Source of the DNA: Ascoidea asiatica JCM 7603
Taxonomy: Eukaryota; Fungi; Ascomycota
Direction: 5' to 3'
Length of the DNA stretch: 64,000 nucleotides
Assembly (NCBI GenBank): GCA_001600695.1
Contig: BCKQ01000012.1
Location: 513,139 to 577,138 of the forward strand
The notes beneath the pieces are model-generated. The model was given only the letters and a program-made list of their open reading frames with translations. It did no database searches and was not told the origin of the DNA. Position 1 is the first letter of the stretch, and the number at the start of each line of letters is the position of its first letter. This document shows, in pieces, positions 12,426 to 26,199 of this stretch. The position numbers and the translations under genes were made by a program.

Positions 12426-13970
12426 ATGTTTCAACCTTCTGGTCTAAGTAAATTCATTGCAATTCAAAATTCTATGTTCAAGAAAAGGATTAAAGATTTC
12501 ACTTATACTAATATGTATATGAGGGTTTCGGCACATTGCCTAATATTAGATATATCTATCCCATAGCATATCAATCCTCTTGTTGAATTATCAATCGATA
12601 ACATTGAGAAAAATCAACTTCCTTTACAAAAATTAACTAAAATTATGTGTATTACCACCAGTCAGAATTTAATACTAAACACTCCCTACAAGCCTATTAT
12701 GTTGGGGGTCGCGACTAGTGATGTATGGACTCAAATCGAAAATATTAGAAGTGGTTGTTCAGACGAATATCCTGAATTTGGTAAAACACCATATGTAACG
12801 CCTTAACAACCCCCTTAATTAGTACCTCCAGAAAAGCTGTTCGTAAGAGCGAAGCAAATAATTGCAAACAATTTGTGGCAACAATAATTGGGTAGGCTGC
12901 GAAATTTGTTAAAGATGTTGAGGATTTTATCGATTTGTTGTTTAGTTATCCGATTGCTTTTGATTTAGGAAATATGGAAACTCGAAAACTCTGCCTTAGA
13001 GAAACTCTATCCTCCAACAAACTAAGTTTTAATGTTTTATTAATCAAAGCCATTCAAAAAATTATTACAATTGGTTTTTACGAAGATTTTGGCATGTACT
13101 GAAATAGCTAAAGTTTTTCCTAAGAAATTATCAATACACTTCACGAATAAGAAAACAAGTTCAATCATGGTTGTAATTTGCTTACTAAAATTCCAATTTT
13201 CAAAGTCATCCAAAGAGATAGGTTCGCCTCCGGAATCGTCCTTGTCCCAACAATAAAGAAGTTTTTGCTGGAGCCATTTGGTACGCAACATGCTGAATTT
13301 GGTGATAAATCTAATCACAACAAAAGTTTATCAGAGGAATGTTTCAATTCTACTATTGGTAATGTTCTAGTTAAGTATCTACTGTTAAAGTATGTCTATA
13401 ATAATGCATCAAATCTAGAATATTCCAATTTGCAAGAAAAACTTTGCTACAGAACTTTATCCGACTGCTTGGTGGTGCTACATACATTAGAAAATTGGAT
13501 CACATAGAGATTCAAAAACAGCTTTAGATAATGATAATGATGATAATGGCACCAAAGGACCTGATCCTGAACATAAACCTTCTCGAAACGCTTCCAAACG
13601 AGGAATAAGATTAAGTAACCAACCGGAATCTCCAATATTGATGTATCGGTACTTTTTGCTGTACCTGCTAGAAAACTTATTAAAGGATATTATTGTAGAA
13701 AGAATAAAAGTGGAAATACTATTTGCGCAAACTGCTTATTCCATCAACATGATCCCTTAGTGTGCCCTATCTTTTCCAATAATGTTGATTTTTTTCATCA
13801 AATGGTTTTGGAGTATTACCGGTGTCCCGGAAATATGGATTCTATCAGAAAATTTGATTGTTATGTGTTTACATTTTTTCCAAAAAATACAAAAGAACAA
13901 CAGTAAAAATAGGTGACTATGACAGTGTGCCGAGGAACAATCTGGACATGTCACAAGGTCTGTTAAATGA
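12426..13970 (+). pseudogene. Retroelement gag/ORF1-like remnant with CCHC zinc knuckle
   Basis: Exact CX2CX4HX4C knuckle CANCLFHQHDPLVC at 13724-13765, a possible second decayed knuckle near 13925-13960, and a broken coding frame upstream (includes ORF 13178-13507). Confidence 0.5.
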
Positions 13971-14849
13971 GATCAATTGAAATAATTGAAATTAGATACC
14001 TGAAAAATTCAATGGAAGAGTTACCTTCGCTTTTCAAGATAAATACAACCACTATCAACAGGAAATGGTGGTCTGGATATTATCCCTAGAGAGTTTAACA
14101 GTATTCGATATATCCAGTCCAGCATAAACTGCATAGTTTTTGATGACTTAACATTGAAAAAGCACAATGATCAGTTCAGGTAATACAGTAAATATGATAT
14201 AATCTATTAGAGTCCAATTTAACTCATAAAGAAATGGATAATAATCCACGATATTATCAAAGACGCGTAGTCAGAAATAAGGCTCCTCCAGATATCAATG
14301 AAAGTCCCATTGATGAAACGTGTAACACTGAAAAATCCTGTAAACTGAACCAAATTCAAAATTCATGTAGAAATACTAATACTAAAGTAAAACAATAATA
14401 TCCACAATCACCAATTTGTGAGGAACCAGATTATCCTACTTCACCACCCGAAAAGTCAAGGTGCTGAAATTAAAAATCAATCTGATATACAGGAAATTGA
14501 AAAAAAAGACTATAAGTCTAGTATCTCAATGACTAATAAAACTTGTTCTCAAATTTTAAAGAGTATATTTGGCAAATGTTTGTTGATGTTACTGGTATTA
14601 GTGATACGTATGAACAGTATTATCACCTTTAATTAAGAACTAATCAATATATCGAATAATCAAAAGATGAACTTCCATCTGTGAACGATCAAAAAAATTA
14701 TGAGTTAATAAGAGTTTGTAATTATGAACAATTTAATTTCTTCTGTGTTAAGATATTAAATTGTAAATTTAAGATCAATGATAGTGAATGGTTATCATTT
14801 ACAGTAGTCCCTTATCAAGAATAGAATCATCCATTGTATCAAAACTTCA

Positions 14850-17800
14850 AAGAAAGATTAAACACTATGACCAAGCTTGCCGACTAATCACACATTACGA
14901 CATCTTTAGAGCATTTAAATGCTAACATTACTCAATGCCAATTCAGTAACATATATCTGATAATCAATTACTGAAGGAATTCCTCAAAAACATGATCAAG
15001 AATATTCCTTTGACCCCATATCAAAATGTTTATACAGCCCTTGTCTTTGAGCATGCTTTATCTAAAGTTTATAGGAGAGACATTTATTTAGAGGTACATT
15101 GGATATCTTAGTCCAATGTATAAAAGGAGCTATAGTAATTTAAAATATTTCTCCAAAACTTTCCTTTACTTGGAGAATCTCGGATGATCAGTTGATGTTG
15201 GTATTGATACATGGAGTTCACAAAATGCGGGAATTACACCAGAGGTTCAATATTTTAGACAAACCAATTCAACTCGAGATTTATCAAATCTTGGACTTAA
15301 TGGGAGGCCTTTTTAAGGCAAAAATTATACCATATCTGATAAACATCTTCCTTCAACAATTTCTCAAAACCTTTTAAAGCTTATATTGGATTCTGCACCC
15401 GAAACTGCCCTCACCAACAATACAACTCTTCTGCATAACTACAAGAATTTACGTATTGAGAGTAAACTGACTATATTAACATTTGTTAGTGAATCTATAG
15501 TAGTTAAAGGTAAACGACATATCAAACCGTATTTATGTCTTGGAGGAAAGGTTAGAGAACTTATAGTAAATGACATGTGTATAGTCAAGATTCTGCAGAT
15601 TCAGTAAGATCTCCACCTAAACATACAAAAAACAAGCTTTATATCTATGTATACTAATCAGGATGGTTTTGGGCTTTGGAGTTATAATTAAAATAGTTTA
15701 CCTTCTGAGATTAAATATTGTCCATTAGGAGAAAGCTCTCCTACAGTCTACATAGACCTTCTTAAAACTAATAAAGATTGTCTCAACTTTTCTTCTTGTA
15801 GTATTCGTTCAACATCATTGGGAGGACTTCATCGGAAATTCAATAATCCTCCTATAAATTTCACCAAGGACCTTTTAAACAAAAGAGAAATCGAAAAGTT
15901 CATTTTACCCAAGGAAGAACAGTTCCATTGTGAAATATGTCAAAGAAAAAACACTGTATGAAAACTTACTCAATTCTTTGGATATCAACTAAAGACCTAA
16001 TGAAGTTGTACAATCAGATGCTATAGGGAAAATTACCCCAATAAGTCTCAGTTCCTTTAAATCTGTTTTAGTGATAATTGCGACATTCAGTAAATAGTCT
16101 AACTCAAAATCGAGGGCTTGCAAACGGCAGAAAGGTTACTACTATTATAGGATATAATAGTGCTCAAAATGGATTAGAGGAAACAGCTAATAGAGCCCTA
16201 TGCAACATTGTGAAAATATTACTTGTTTCAAGTGATTTACCTGATATTATCCGGGAATATGCACATATAGTTTCTAAGGATCTAAATAATGGGTCATTAA
16301 ATAAAGCGAATATCCCTCCTTATGAATTGTATGAAAATTTACATCTTAAACTGAGTTCCTATTATCAATTTGTATCATTAATATCTTAAAATAAATTTAA
16401 TTCAATAAAAGACACTGCGAAAACTTTAGGTCCTACAAGATGTATATATTTTTGTGAATATCAAAAACAACTATGACATTTAGTTCTAGATCTTGACAGG
16501 AAAAAAATTATCAGTACAAAAACCGTTAACTGTCCTAATTTAGGAAGAGTATTTGAGGACCTAACTATCAAACTAGCAATATCAGAGATCAAAACTCTTC
16601 TTATAAATCATTCAAGAAATATTAGATATTCAGTTAATTACTGTCATCCAAATTATCAACCCCCAAATAAGCAAAATTTTTCAACTACTGACTACAAATC
16701 TATAAATAATTATTCGAATGAACATCCATTTGATCTTACAACAAATGAACCTATAATTCTACAACAAGATACTTTTGGTGCTAAAATTATCTCTTCTTCT
16801 AAAAACATTAATGAAAACATATCTATTAATGAATATTTTAAAAATTCTATTGCCCCTGTTGTTTTTAATAATCTAGACGCAGCTCCTTGTGGAACTTTTA
16901 ATCCAGAAGATTTACCTCTGGCTCCTGAACTGCTTGAAGGAGCTTACACTTGTCAAAAAAACCCGTGGTATCTAATCAATGTACGACACCTCATTAGCAT
17001 GAATATCCACCACATCATATGATTCCACCTCTTTTATATTATCCAAACCAAAATGCTTTACCGCTTATTTACCATTATGCTAGCACGATCCATAGATAAA
17101 TCCATGCATGTTTTAGCATAAATAACTTCGTATTCTTTATGCTAATATTTACAATATATTAAATTCAAAAATCCAGACAATACGCAATCAAAATGTACAT
17201 CTTATGTCTTTTACAGAAAAGTTTAATTTCAATGATTTACCTTCAACTTCATATACTCAGCCATCGGTTACATCCATGGAAGATCATGAAACTCGATCAT
17301 TAAAACTATCAATTAATGAATTGTGTTTTACACCAACTTCCACTTGATAATTTAAATCAACGATTCTTGGACAATGGAAACTACCACAGTTCAGAGAAAA
17401 TTCTCCAGAAAACTTGATTCACGATGCGCATCGTATAGGAAATGATACACTTTCTGAAACGTTAGAGTGTTAAAAGGTGGTTAAATAATTAAAAGAGTAA
17501 AACAAATTTTTCAAGAACCTGTATATTTCAAAGATTTTGAGCTACTTCGAATACATACTAGAAATCAATGGTATGAGTATGCTTGCAAACAAGAATTAGC
17601 TCAATTCAAAAACTTTGATACAAGGATCTTTTCCCAAACCTATATCTATAGAAGCTAAACAATCACTAACTATATTCAGATATAGATAAATATTCGAATT
17701 GAAAACAATTCCAGAAATGAAGGCTAAGACCAGATTGTAATTCAGGGCGGTCAGCATGATCCTGGGACAGATTTCGGTGACACATATGCTCCAGTATGCC

Positions 17801-19610
17801 AACTGAAATATTTATCACTCTAATAAAATTCCTACACAAAGGCATTAGTATCTAGAAAGTGGGAATGTTCCTTCAAGGTTTCTTGGAGGAAAAATGAATG
17901 TATATGTCTGTGTGGTTTAATCTCAAGGATTTATTAATTGGATTGTCGTTCGAGTGAAATATCTAATTATTACTAAGAAGATATCTTATTCAAAATATAA
18001 ACAATTGTTAATTAAAATATAAAATATATAAAAATTATATAAAAAATATGGGAGGTAAGTGCCCTATTTATATTAGTGGAAAATAGGAGCGGGTAACCCA
18101 TCTTAAGAATAAATTTGTAAATTTAGTAGGTGAAAGTTCACTTCCCATACTTAAGAAAAGAAATAGAATAAAGTATTGTTCTAGAAGACACTACGTCATT
18201 CTAAGAACAAACACGAAGATTCCACTACATCCGAGATGCATACAGAACTTGGAAGAAAGAATAAATAATGCAGACCCAGAACGTTCTAGTACATTTAACA
18301 TGCACACGGACGTTCTGAGACCGCAATAGAATGTGGTCGTAGAACAATCTATGCAATCTTAGAAAGTCTAAGAATAGCCTAGAATATTCGAAGACAATTC
18401 TAATAAAAGAATAAAATGATTAACAATCAAATTCAAACCATCCAGATTCGGTGTATGAAAGCAAAGGTGGTATATATGGACTTTAGCAGGCACCACGAGT
18501 CTGGTATCAAACTTTTGGATCAAGAATTAAGACTAAAAACTTAGACGCAGCGTATCAAAGTTCCTTACATACTGGTCAAACAATCTACAAACCGTCGCAT
18601 TATAATGGTAATTCATGTAGATGATATTATATTTACATCATCCACTGCAATTGCAACGGAAATAGGCAAAGCTGATTTTGTTGACCTATTCACAGTGAAA
18701 CTCTTAGGAGGTAGCACTGTGTTGTTAGGATTGCAAACAATTTACAAAACACGCACGGGGGAATTATTTATTATTAATCAAGAAAACTATACGAAAACTA
18801 TTCTCGATAGGATTTTACATTTAACCACCATAAATCAGGCAATGTTTCATATACTGATAAGTTTAATAACGGTATATGTCCAAAAGAAAACGATGATCAA
18901 ATCATGAAAAAATATCCTCATGCTTAAATCATAGGAGGCCTAAGTCAGATTGCACGGCATAGCACGCCTCACATTCAAAATAGTGTACATATACTAACGC
19001 AATTCACCGTAAACTACCATGAAATAGATCATAAATGTGATCTAGATGTCTTATCGTATTGAAAATCACAGGCAATATAGAATTGTATCTATAAAGTTCC
19101 ATAGAAAATGAATTAATAACATATTCTGATGCAAACTACCAAATTCTACTCGAATCTTGAATCGGTACTGTAACTTATTCTAGTACAATGGCACTGATTT
19201 GGCGATCAAAATTTCAAGCGGTTACTCCACAACATTCTGTTGAAGCTTATCTTCGAGCAGTAGCATATAGCTCGAATAATACTAAATAGTTGGGATGGAT
19301 TAGTGATATATTGAGTCACTTTACTTGTAGTGAAAAATTATAACAGGAATCTTATGCTAGCCATAAATACAATTCTAGCTTTGACTTACCTCCAACTGTT
19401 GCTGTTCGTCATCCTAGTTTTCGGATGGTAATTAAGATGAACAATAAGGGTACCATTTTCAAGACCAAAGATGATGCAAAAACAAAGTGCTGGAGCGCAT
19501 ATGCAACAAATATTTCTTTTAATTTTTCAAATAATTCATAATAAAGAACAAAATATTCAGTATGCTCGAACTGAATCAAATAGCCACTATGTTTACAATG
19601 GGTCCGCTAC
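14850..19610 (+). mobile_element. pol: Decayed Ty1/copia gag-pol (PR-IN-RT-RNaseH); LTRs not identifiable
   Basis: Protease ILDSAPET (~15385). Integrase LHRKFNNP, HCEICQ, VQSDAIG and AQNGLEETANR (15830-16195). RT KAKTRL..G...TYAPV (~17720-17800), SQGF, IYGL*QAPRVWY (~18470-18507) and IHVDDI (ORF 18605). RNaseH YSDANY (~19122). Domain order is copia-type. Confidence 0.9.
17944..18425. mobile_element. Solo LTR-like repeat, family A copy 2, inserted into copia RT
   Basis: Homologous to 11386-11853, with TGT...ACA termini. Lies between the normally adjacent RT motifs (P)QGF (~17921-17932) and YGLxQAPRxWY. Confidence 0.75.
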
Positions 19611-20045
19611 ATTATATTTTTCAAAAAATAACAAAACAAAGTAGTATCTCTTAAACCCACAGTGAAAATTGGCAGAATTATGTGCCAATTATACCCAATG
19701 ACAGAAACAACTTTTAGGAACAATTATTAATTATATTATTGTGTTTAAAAATAAAAATAATTTCATTTAGAAAGAATTGTTTAAATAAGTAAGATTTCAC
19801 TGTTTAATTTAATAAAAATTGTACAATATTTAATAAAAACAATTTTTAATTTCAGTTTCCATTATTTTATTTTCCAAGTTTATATTAATTCAATTTGATT
19901 TTAAATCAATCTATAGAAAAACAAGGGTAGATTACTACAGGTATAAGTTACATATTTAATAAAGGATAACTAGGGACCAAATCTCTATTCATCAATGTGT
20001 AGTATTGTTAGAAACTCACAATTCCCCAATTGTGGAAGTGGAAAG

Positions 20046-20418
20046 TGTGTGTGAGGGATATGGACCTTGTTCACTGACAATGCCAAAACTTACGAACTAA
20101 CAGACAAAGAGTTACGCAACTTTGGAGGTGCGTTGAATAACTGTCTAGTAGCAAGCTGTAAAGGAGGATTCCGGATGATACCACCCGGGAAAAGGGTGAA
20201 AAGTCAGATGTCCCTCCGGGTTTAAAACGAGCCTTAAACCAAAATATACTGTAGTGCCGTAAAAACCTAAGAGACTCAGTCTGAAACCTACTGATTAACC
20301 TACTAGCTAGACTAAAATATGTGAGTAGCAAAAGTACCAAATTATATAGTTATCGCTTAATACACATTATCGAACATATTTTGTTCTAAGTATACCGGGT
20401 TTTCAATCCATACACACA
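20046..20418 (-). mobile_element. Candidate LTR (3'-LTR-like, minus strand)
   Basis: 7-bp inverted termini TGTGTGT...ACACACA, immediately preceded on the minus strand by a PPT-like GGGAGGGG (20426-20419). No second copy in the window. Confidence 0.4.
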
Positions 20419-21489
20419 CCCCTCCCGAGTGCGGCTCTTTGGCACCAGGGACGTTAAAAAGCTACCCTCTGGTACCTAGAACAGATATTGACCTTGCGTA
20501 TCGGAGGTTCGTGGGTGGGATTTTCAGACACCTGCAGTGATATGCCTATGTCGAATAAAATAAAATTGGAAGCATGTATTGCATTTGATGATGCTAGTGT
20601 AGACATTACTGCTGGTGCTGTAGTACCCTGGCAGGTTCCGTTGACACTTTTAAGATTAAAATCAGAAGCCCAATTGGATGAAACTTCCTTTGATACTTTA
20701 ACTGAATCAGCGCCAACATTGAACAGGCTATTCATTTATTTATTCCCCCAAGAATCACTTAAGTCAAAAGATGATCTTGTTTTCTTATCAAGGCAAATTT
20801 CTTTTGACCCCTTTTTAATGGTTTAAATTATTTATAAACGATTTAGCCATATTTAAAATTTTCTTTCCAACACCTAAATATAATTCCACTTGCAATTATT
20901 CAACAATTACAGCACCATATTCAGTAGCATTTTTGTAATACAGTTTTTATACCTTTTCGATTTTGACGATTACAATATTACCGGCCGAATGTACATTAAA
21001 ATAAACCACATTTATTTTATCTGGCATAGAAGAAGCTTAGTAAAAAAGCACTACCTTTGATTCGGAAATTTTTATAGCAACGTTATTAACTGAATTATTC
21101 ATTAGTTCATTAGAATACTCAAAACTTTTAGGACCAATTATCAGGTATAAGTTCAGGAGTACATAATTTGTCAACATTTATTGAAAAACCTGTTGGTGTT
21201 TGTACTTTTGTATTGCGAATTTAACCAGCACTACATCAAATGATTCTTCAGCTCCTTAATAATCGTTTGAACAACCTAAAATAATTTTGGAGAACCTAGA
21301 TCAGCTGAAGATCAATTAACTTCATCATTCGATAAAATTAATTTTCCACTTGAACTGCCTGCGTGCGTAGAAATAATACTAAGTTTAATATTATTTTTTT
21401 TACCTTCAATTGCTAAAGTATTCTCAAAACCTTAACGTTGTAGCATTTGCCGCTGAAAAATTTGCAATTAATTGTGGTGAAGCCTAAAA

Positions 21490-22224
21490 TTGAAATGTAC
21501 ATTTCAATTTTCCACACTGAAACCAATAAGCCCTATTTCCAGTGGGGTAGACAACCTAACTAGTAGACGGAATAACCTTTAATCCCGAAGACCCAACTGG
21601 GAATCGATTCTTAAACGACCAACTCCACCAATCTCTTGTATAGTCCAAAACAGTTCGTTATATGCAGTGAGAATTATACCTTATCCCAAATCAAAATAGG
21701 TTTAGGTAAGTCATCCATCCAGAAGGCGTCGCTGCCTTGATCCGAATAGCCATTCGGATTTAACATCTATCAGCATTGGCTCTAAATCCTAGCTGCTATT
21801 CTCTTCCCCGCTTAGGCAGTTCCTTAACTTTAATAGCTTCTTAAAGGTTTACAACTATAGCTGCTACCAATCTCAAGGTTTTTTTTATATTGTACGCTAT
21901 AAGGGACGCAAGCACTCATCACCTATGGATGAGACTAGAATATCACATGATATGCGGCTATAAGTGCACCTCTACAGTTACTCATGCAAGGTCATGATAA
22001 TTGATGTATTTTTCAGGCAACTTAATGCAACTTTATGCAAGAATATGTATTTTTATTTATAATTCTACATCTTTTTGCAGAATTGTACATAATTTATACA
22101 GATTATTCTATAATACATGACTCTGTTACCTCTATTATAGATACGTGTCGGTTAGCCCTTCCCCATCTATGGTTGTAGTCCCAATATATGCCTCAGCATA
22201 TATAGATCTCAATTATTTCCAACA
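21490..22224. mobile_element. Solo LTR-like repeat, family B copy 1 (~730 bp)
   Basis: Collinear with 27830-28566, including the identical block attgtacataatttatacagattattctataatacatgact. Both copies end sharply in TTCCAACA (reverse complement TGTTGGAA, a typical copia LTR end). Left boundary approximate. Confidence 0.75.
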
Positions 22225-24329
22225 GAAAGTAAAGAAAGAGAAGTAGAAGAATAAGAAGAATGTCTATAAAAGCTCACAAACAACTGTCTGTAAAAGTAGA
22301 GAACGAAGTTATTGCAGCGCAAGATAATCAAGCATCTCTAGCAGAGGAAACTGATGCTCCAGTATCAGCTCAGAGTGATGTTTCAGCTGCAGCTTAAGGT
22401 GTATTATTCGTAGCAGCAGGGAGGATGACTATGAAGCAGCAATACAGGATTTCATGAATTTTATTGTTGAGTTGAACTTAAATATACAGTTTAATTATTC
22501 AATAGAAGATAGTTATTTTATGGAAGCATTTAATTTTTGCAAGCCATCTAGATCACTACAACCAATAGAAATTTCCCAAGTGATGCTGCCCTGGTTTTCT
22601 TTTTTTTCTCTAATGGTTGTACGAGCTGATCTATATTTTGTAGTATTGAAACTAGCATTATATTCAATATCCATTCTTTGAAGAAAAAAGTTGTACCTTT
22701 TGTTGCTCTCGGCATAGGAGTAGCACGTGAAAGATTTAACAAGAGCAATGTTTTCAAACGACTGTTTTTTCAAATCCGAGAGCGATTTAGAACGATGTGG
22801 ATCTGACCAAATTTACATTGCTGTCGAGAAACCTTAGATTAACTAGTTATAAGGCTCATAACTTTAGAAAACAGTTTTTCTTTTCCCATGCTCTCCTCGC
22901 AGAGAGTTTATTATAATATGTATTCGTGTATTTATATAATTTCAAGCAAACATAAACGTTTATAGGAGTGAAAAAGCTTCACCTCAACCATGTGCCTCTG
23001 ACCGCAAATTAAAACAAACCACAACATGGGCAAAATGCATAATCGAGTGGCAGGAGTGCAGCTCTACATACATGACAGCAAGTATGACATATAGTGTGTG
23101 GCAATTCGCACTATGGAAAATCAGGTTTGGCTAGAAGGCAACATTCACGAAAATTGAAAGATGTTGAAAATCAAATATTTTAGCTCACTAAGCGCACGTT
23201 GACATACTAGAACGCTGCTTATAAAGCTTTGCTTTCGACCTGCGGCCATTTTTAAAAAAACTATCTGGACCTTAACCGAACCCTACGTTACCCACAGTAA
23301 ACAACCTAACCAAAACTGTCTATTGAAAATTCAAGATCACCTGACTCATGATTACGTACACTAAAAATTCACGTGCCAATCGTCCAGCGAAAAAGCTGAT
23401 TGGTTTGGATTTGAATTTTTAGCTTTTTAAAAAAGCGTCTGGTGGTCCGATTTACCCAGTGAAGGTGCCCAAGGGATAGAACAGCTTCCTCAGGAACACG
23501 TAAGGGGATGGGGGAACTTGGGTGGGCAGTGGCATAGGGCCTGGACACTTCCTGAAGCTGAGTGTACTTTTATAGGGGTAGTATTTTACATAGGCTTAAA
23601 ACCCACAAATCTGGCTTTTGAAATCAGTTCACGTCACTTGGTTAGAGGATTCAAATTAATATGGCTTCAATTAAGGTTATCCTAAGCTAGCGTACAAAAT
23701 GACAGCAAGTATTTAGAAATAAAATTAATATACGGCCGTATATATGTATATAAGTACATACATATTCCAGCAGTCTTTATATATTCAATAAGTTGATATA
23801 ATATATTCCAAATTTGTTTTATGTATGGATTATTTGTTTGGTGTTGGATGAGTATCGACTATCTTTATGCACGTTTCATTTTTTATTCTAGCATTTTTTT
23901 TACTAAAAGATATTAGCGAAACTGACATTTATTTCGTTATTGCTTCCTATATAATACATTCGAAAAGACAATTCAAATTGTACAATATTTACATTCACTT
24001 TTTCATAGCAGCAGCGCACCTCAGTAATGTACTTAACTAAACAGTTTAGCAACCAAAAATAAGTTTTAAAAAAGAAATGTACAATTGAGGATATACTTTT
24101 TGAACACTGGCCAGTCAGGGCCACTGTTCTACCCACCGTTTAACTCCAACACACTGGTACTCCTGCAAATTCGTTGCTTGTTCTGCATCAATTCACGTTA
24201 AAATATCTTCATTTTCTTGTGCATGACCATGAGGAAAACAAACAGCTTTCACCAATTTACCAGTCAAAACAGGATCTTCAGAATATTGATTCCTAAACAT
24301 TAAGTTCTGGAACATTATGTATTTATGAT

Positions 24330-25300
24330 TATAGCCTTCAAAACTCTCTCTACTCGAAGTTTAAAATGTATTCTATCTACCGATAAATGTTTCTAATCGG
24401 AAACCCGAGTTATTTGTCCCAAGTGAGCTACGTCAAACATCCTGTTTCCAATGCATTACAAAATGCAAAGGAATTTTAAGCAAGAATTTTAATTCAACTG
24501 AGCTAGTATTTAATGAATTTTGGCCCGAACTAAAGTTAAGAAACATTACCACATTAACTTGCTCCATATTCCACGTGTTTCAAAATATGACAGTTGAAAT
24601 AAATAATATTTCGGTGGTAATTTACTTATCTTATCAGGATCGAAACCAAAAATCCTCCATAGACTCATCATGAGAAAAACAATAGAGATGTAATTGTTGA
24701 AAATTACGGGCCGCAGATAAAGGAATCAGATTAATGTTTCCAGATAAAGGGATAATTGATTTATCTTCGGTGAAAGCGTTTTGGAAGTAATTTTCAACGT
24801 TATATTGAACAGTTCTAAAACTGTTTGGGTTGTTCTAAGAGAAACACCACTTTTGATAATTCCTAAAATTAAAGAATGAAGGAAATATATTTTCAAACGC
24901 TAAATACATAGGAACAGTCGGCAAACATCGACCAAAATGTAGGATAGGAAAAAGCTTTTTAATATTTCGGACAGGCATTAATTGTGCAGTTGTTAAACCA
25001 TTGTTCATCAATGGATTAATAGACGTGCTTTTGTCCTGGCTGACTCAATTCTCTTTAAATGTAACCAAATTTTCAAGGTTGATTAAGTCCACTAAACGGC
25101 CTTTCAGAATTTTAATTTGCCCAGGAACATCTTCATAATTTAAATGGAGATCACTCTCAATTCTTTTGCAACGTTATGTTTTTGGGCCCTAACATAAAAG
25201 TTTTCCGTAGCTTTACCGACCATCTTACATAAGGGCAAGTTTGTGGAGTTCAAATTAGGATTTCCCTAATACGTAAATGGTGCAAAGCTTAAGCTTATAT
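24330..25300 (-). mobile_element. CACTA/CMC-superfamily-like transposase remnant
   Basis: Minus strand LFPILHFGRCLPTVPMYLAFENI (~24955-24886, cf. PxDxMHLxFEN), then KIPLHFVMHWKQDV*RSSLGTNNSGFRLETFIG (~24478-24380, cf. HxxxHxxxxV...GP....SxFxFExxxG). No CACTA TIR pair found. Confidence 0.5.
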
Positions 25301-25827
25301 TAACATTTTATAACGAATGAAAAGAGGGTTGCAAGATTGTGGTTAAAATAATCATCACGTGTCGCTCCGTTATCCGGAATTGCATATTTGGGGGACGCGC
25401 CCGCAGATTAAACTGATTACTACCACCAGGCGAAATTCAGTACATATGACTAAAGCCCAAGGATACAAGCTGACTATTTTAACTACCATTATTTGCTGAG
25501 AAATTCCCAACAAATTAACAATGGTCCTACAAAGATCATGCCTGCTTACATAATTAATGAAACAGATAATAGTACGATATAAAATAATTTATTAAAAAAT
25601 AAAATATGAAATAGTACTATTTAAGTCTGCTGCAGATAGTAGTGTTGATAACTAAAAAGAATGAAAACAAAAAACAAGAAAAATAAAAGAAAACACGTAT
25701 TTATATACATAAAAAAATAACGTTTTGGTCATGTTGAATAAAAGGCTAAACAAAAAAAAACAAATGAAAATAAGTTAGAGCTAAATGAAAGAGTTGACAT
25801 ATATAGTGAAAGCTAAAAGTGAAAGAA

Positions 25828-25932
25828 ATAATTGAAACACATAATAAAAGCTGAAACAAATAGTAAAAATTGAAACCAAGGGTAAAAATTGAAACTAATA
25901 ATTGAAACAGATAATAAAGATTGAAACATATT
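25828..25932. repeat. ~19-bp degenerate tandem repeat with core (A)TTGAAAC, ~6 copies, upstream of the hAT transposase
   Basis: aattgaaacacataataaaagctgaaacaaatagtaaaaattgaaaccaagggtaaaaattgaaactaataattgaaacagataataaagattgaaac. Confidence 0.7.
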
Positions 25933-26199
25933 GTAAATCACGTGACCCACAGCATATCACGTTGGTAAAGCTTTTATGTATAAAAACCTTAAAATAATAA
26001 ATAATAAAAACAGGTGTTAGAAATAGTGCTTGTAGTGTGTTTGTCAACATCCGTTGTAGATCAAATATATTCCGAGCTGTTTCAAATTTTTGCACTATCA
26101 ATACTAATAATTTACAACTGTTCCATTTCAAAAAAAGTTTAAATCGTTATAATTATAAGTAAAATTACAGTTCATTTACACTGTAACAGATCAAAAGAA

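Noticed and set aside
11386-18425. Family A repeats as the 5' and 3' LTRs of the enclosed copia
   Set aside because: RT and RNaseH continue ~1.2 kb beyond the second repeat, and no PBS or PPT sits next to the repeats.
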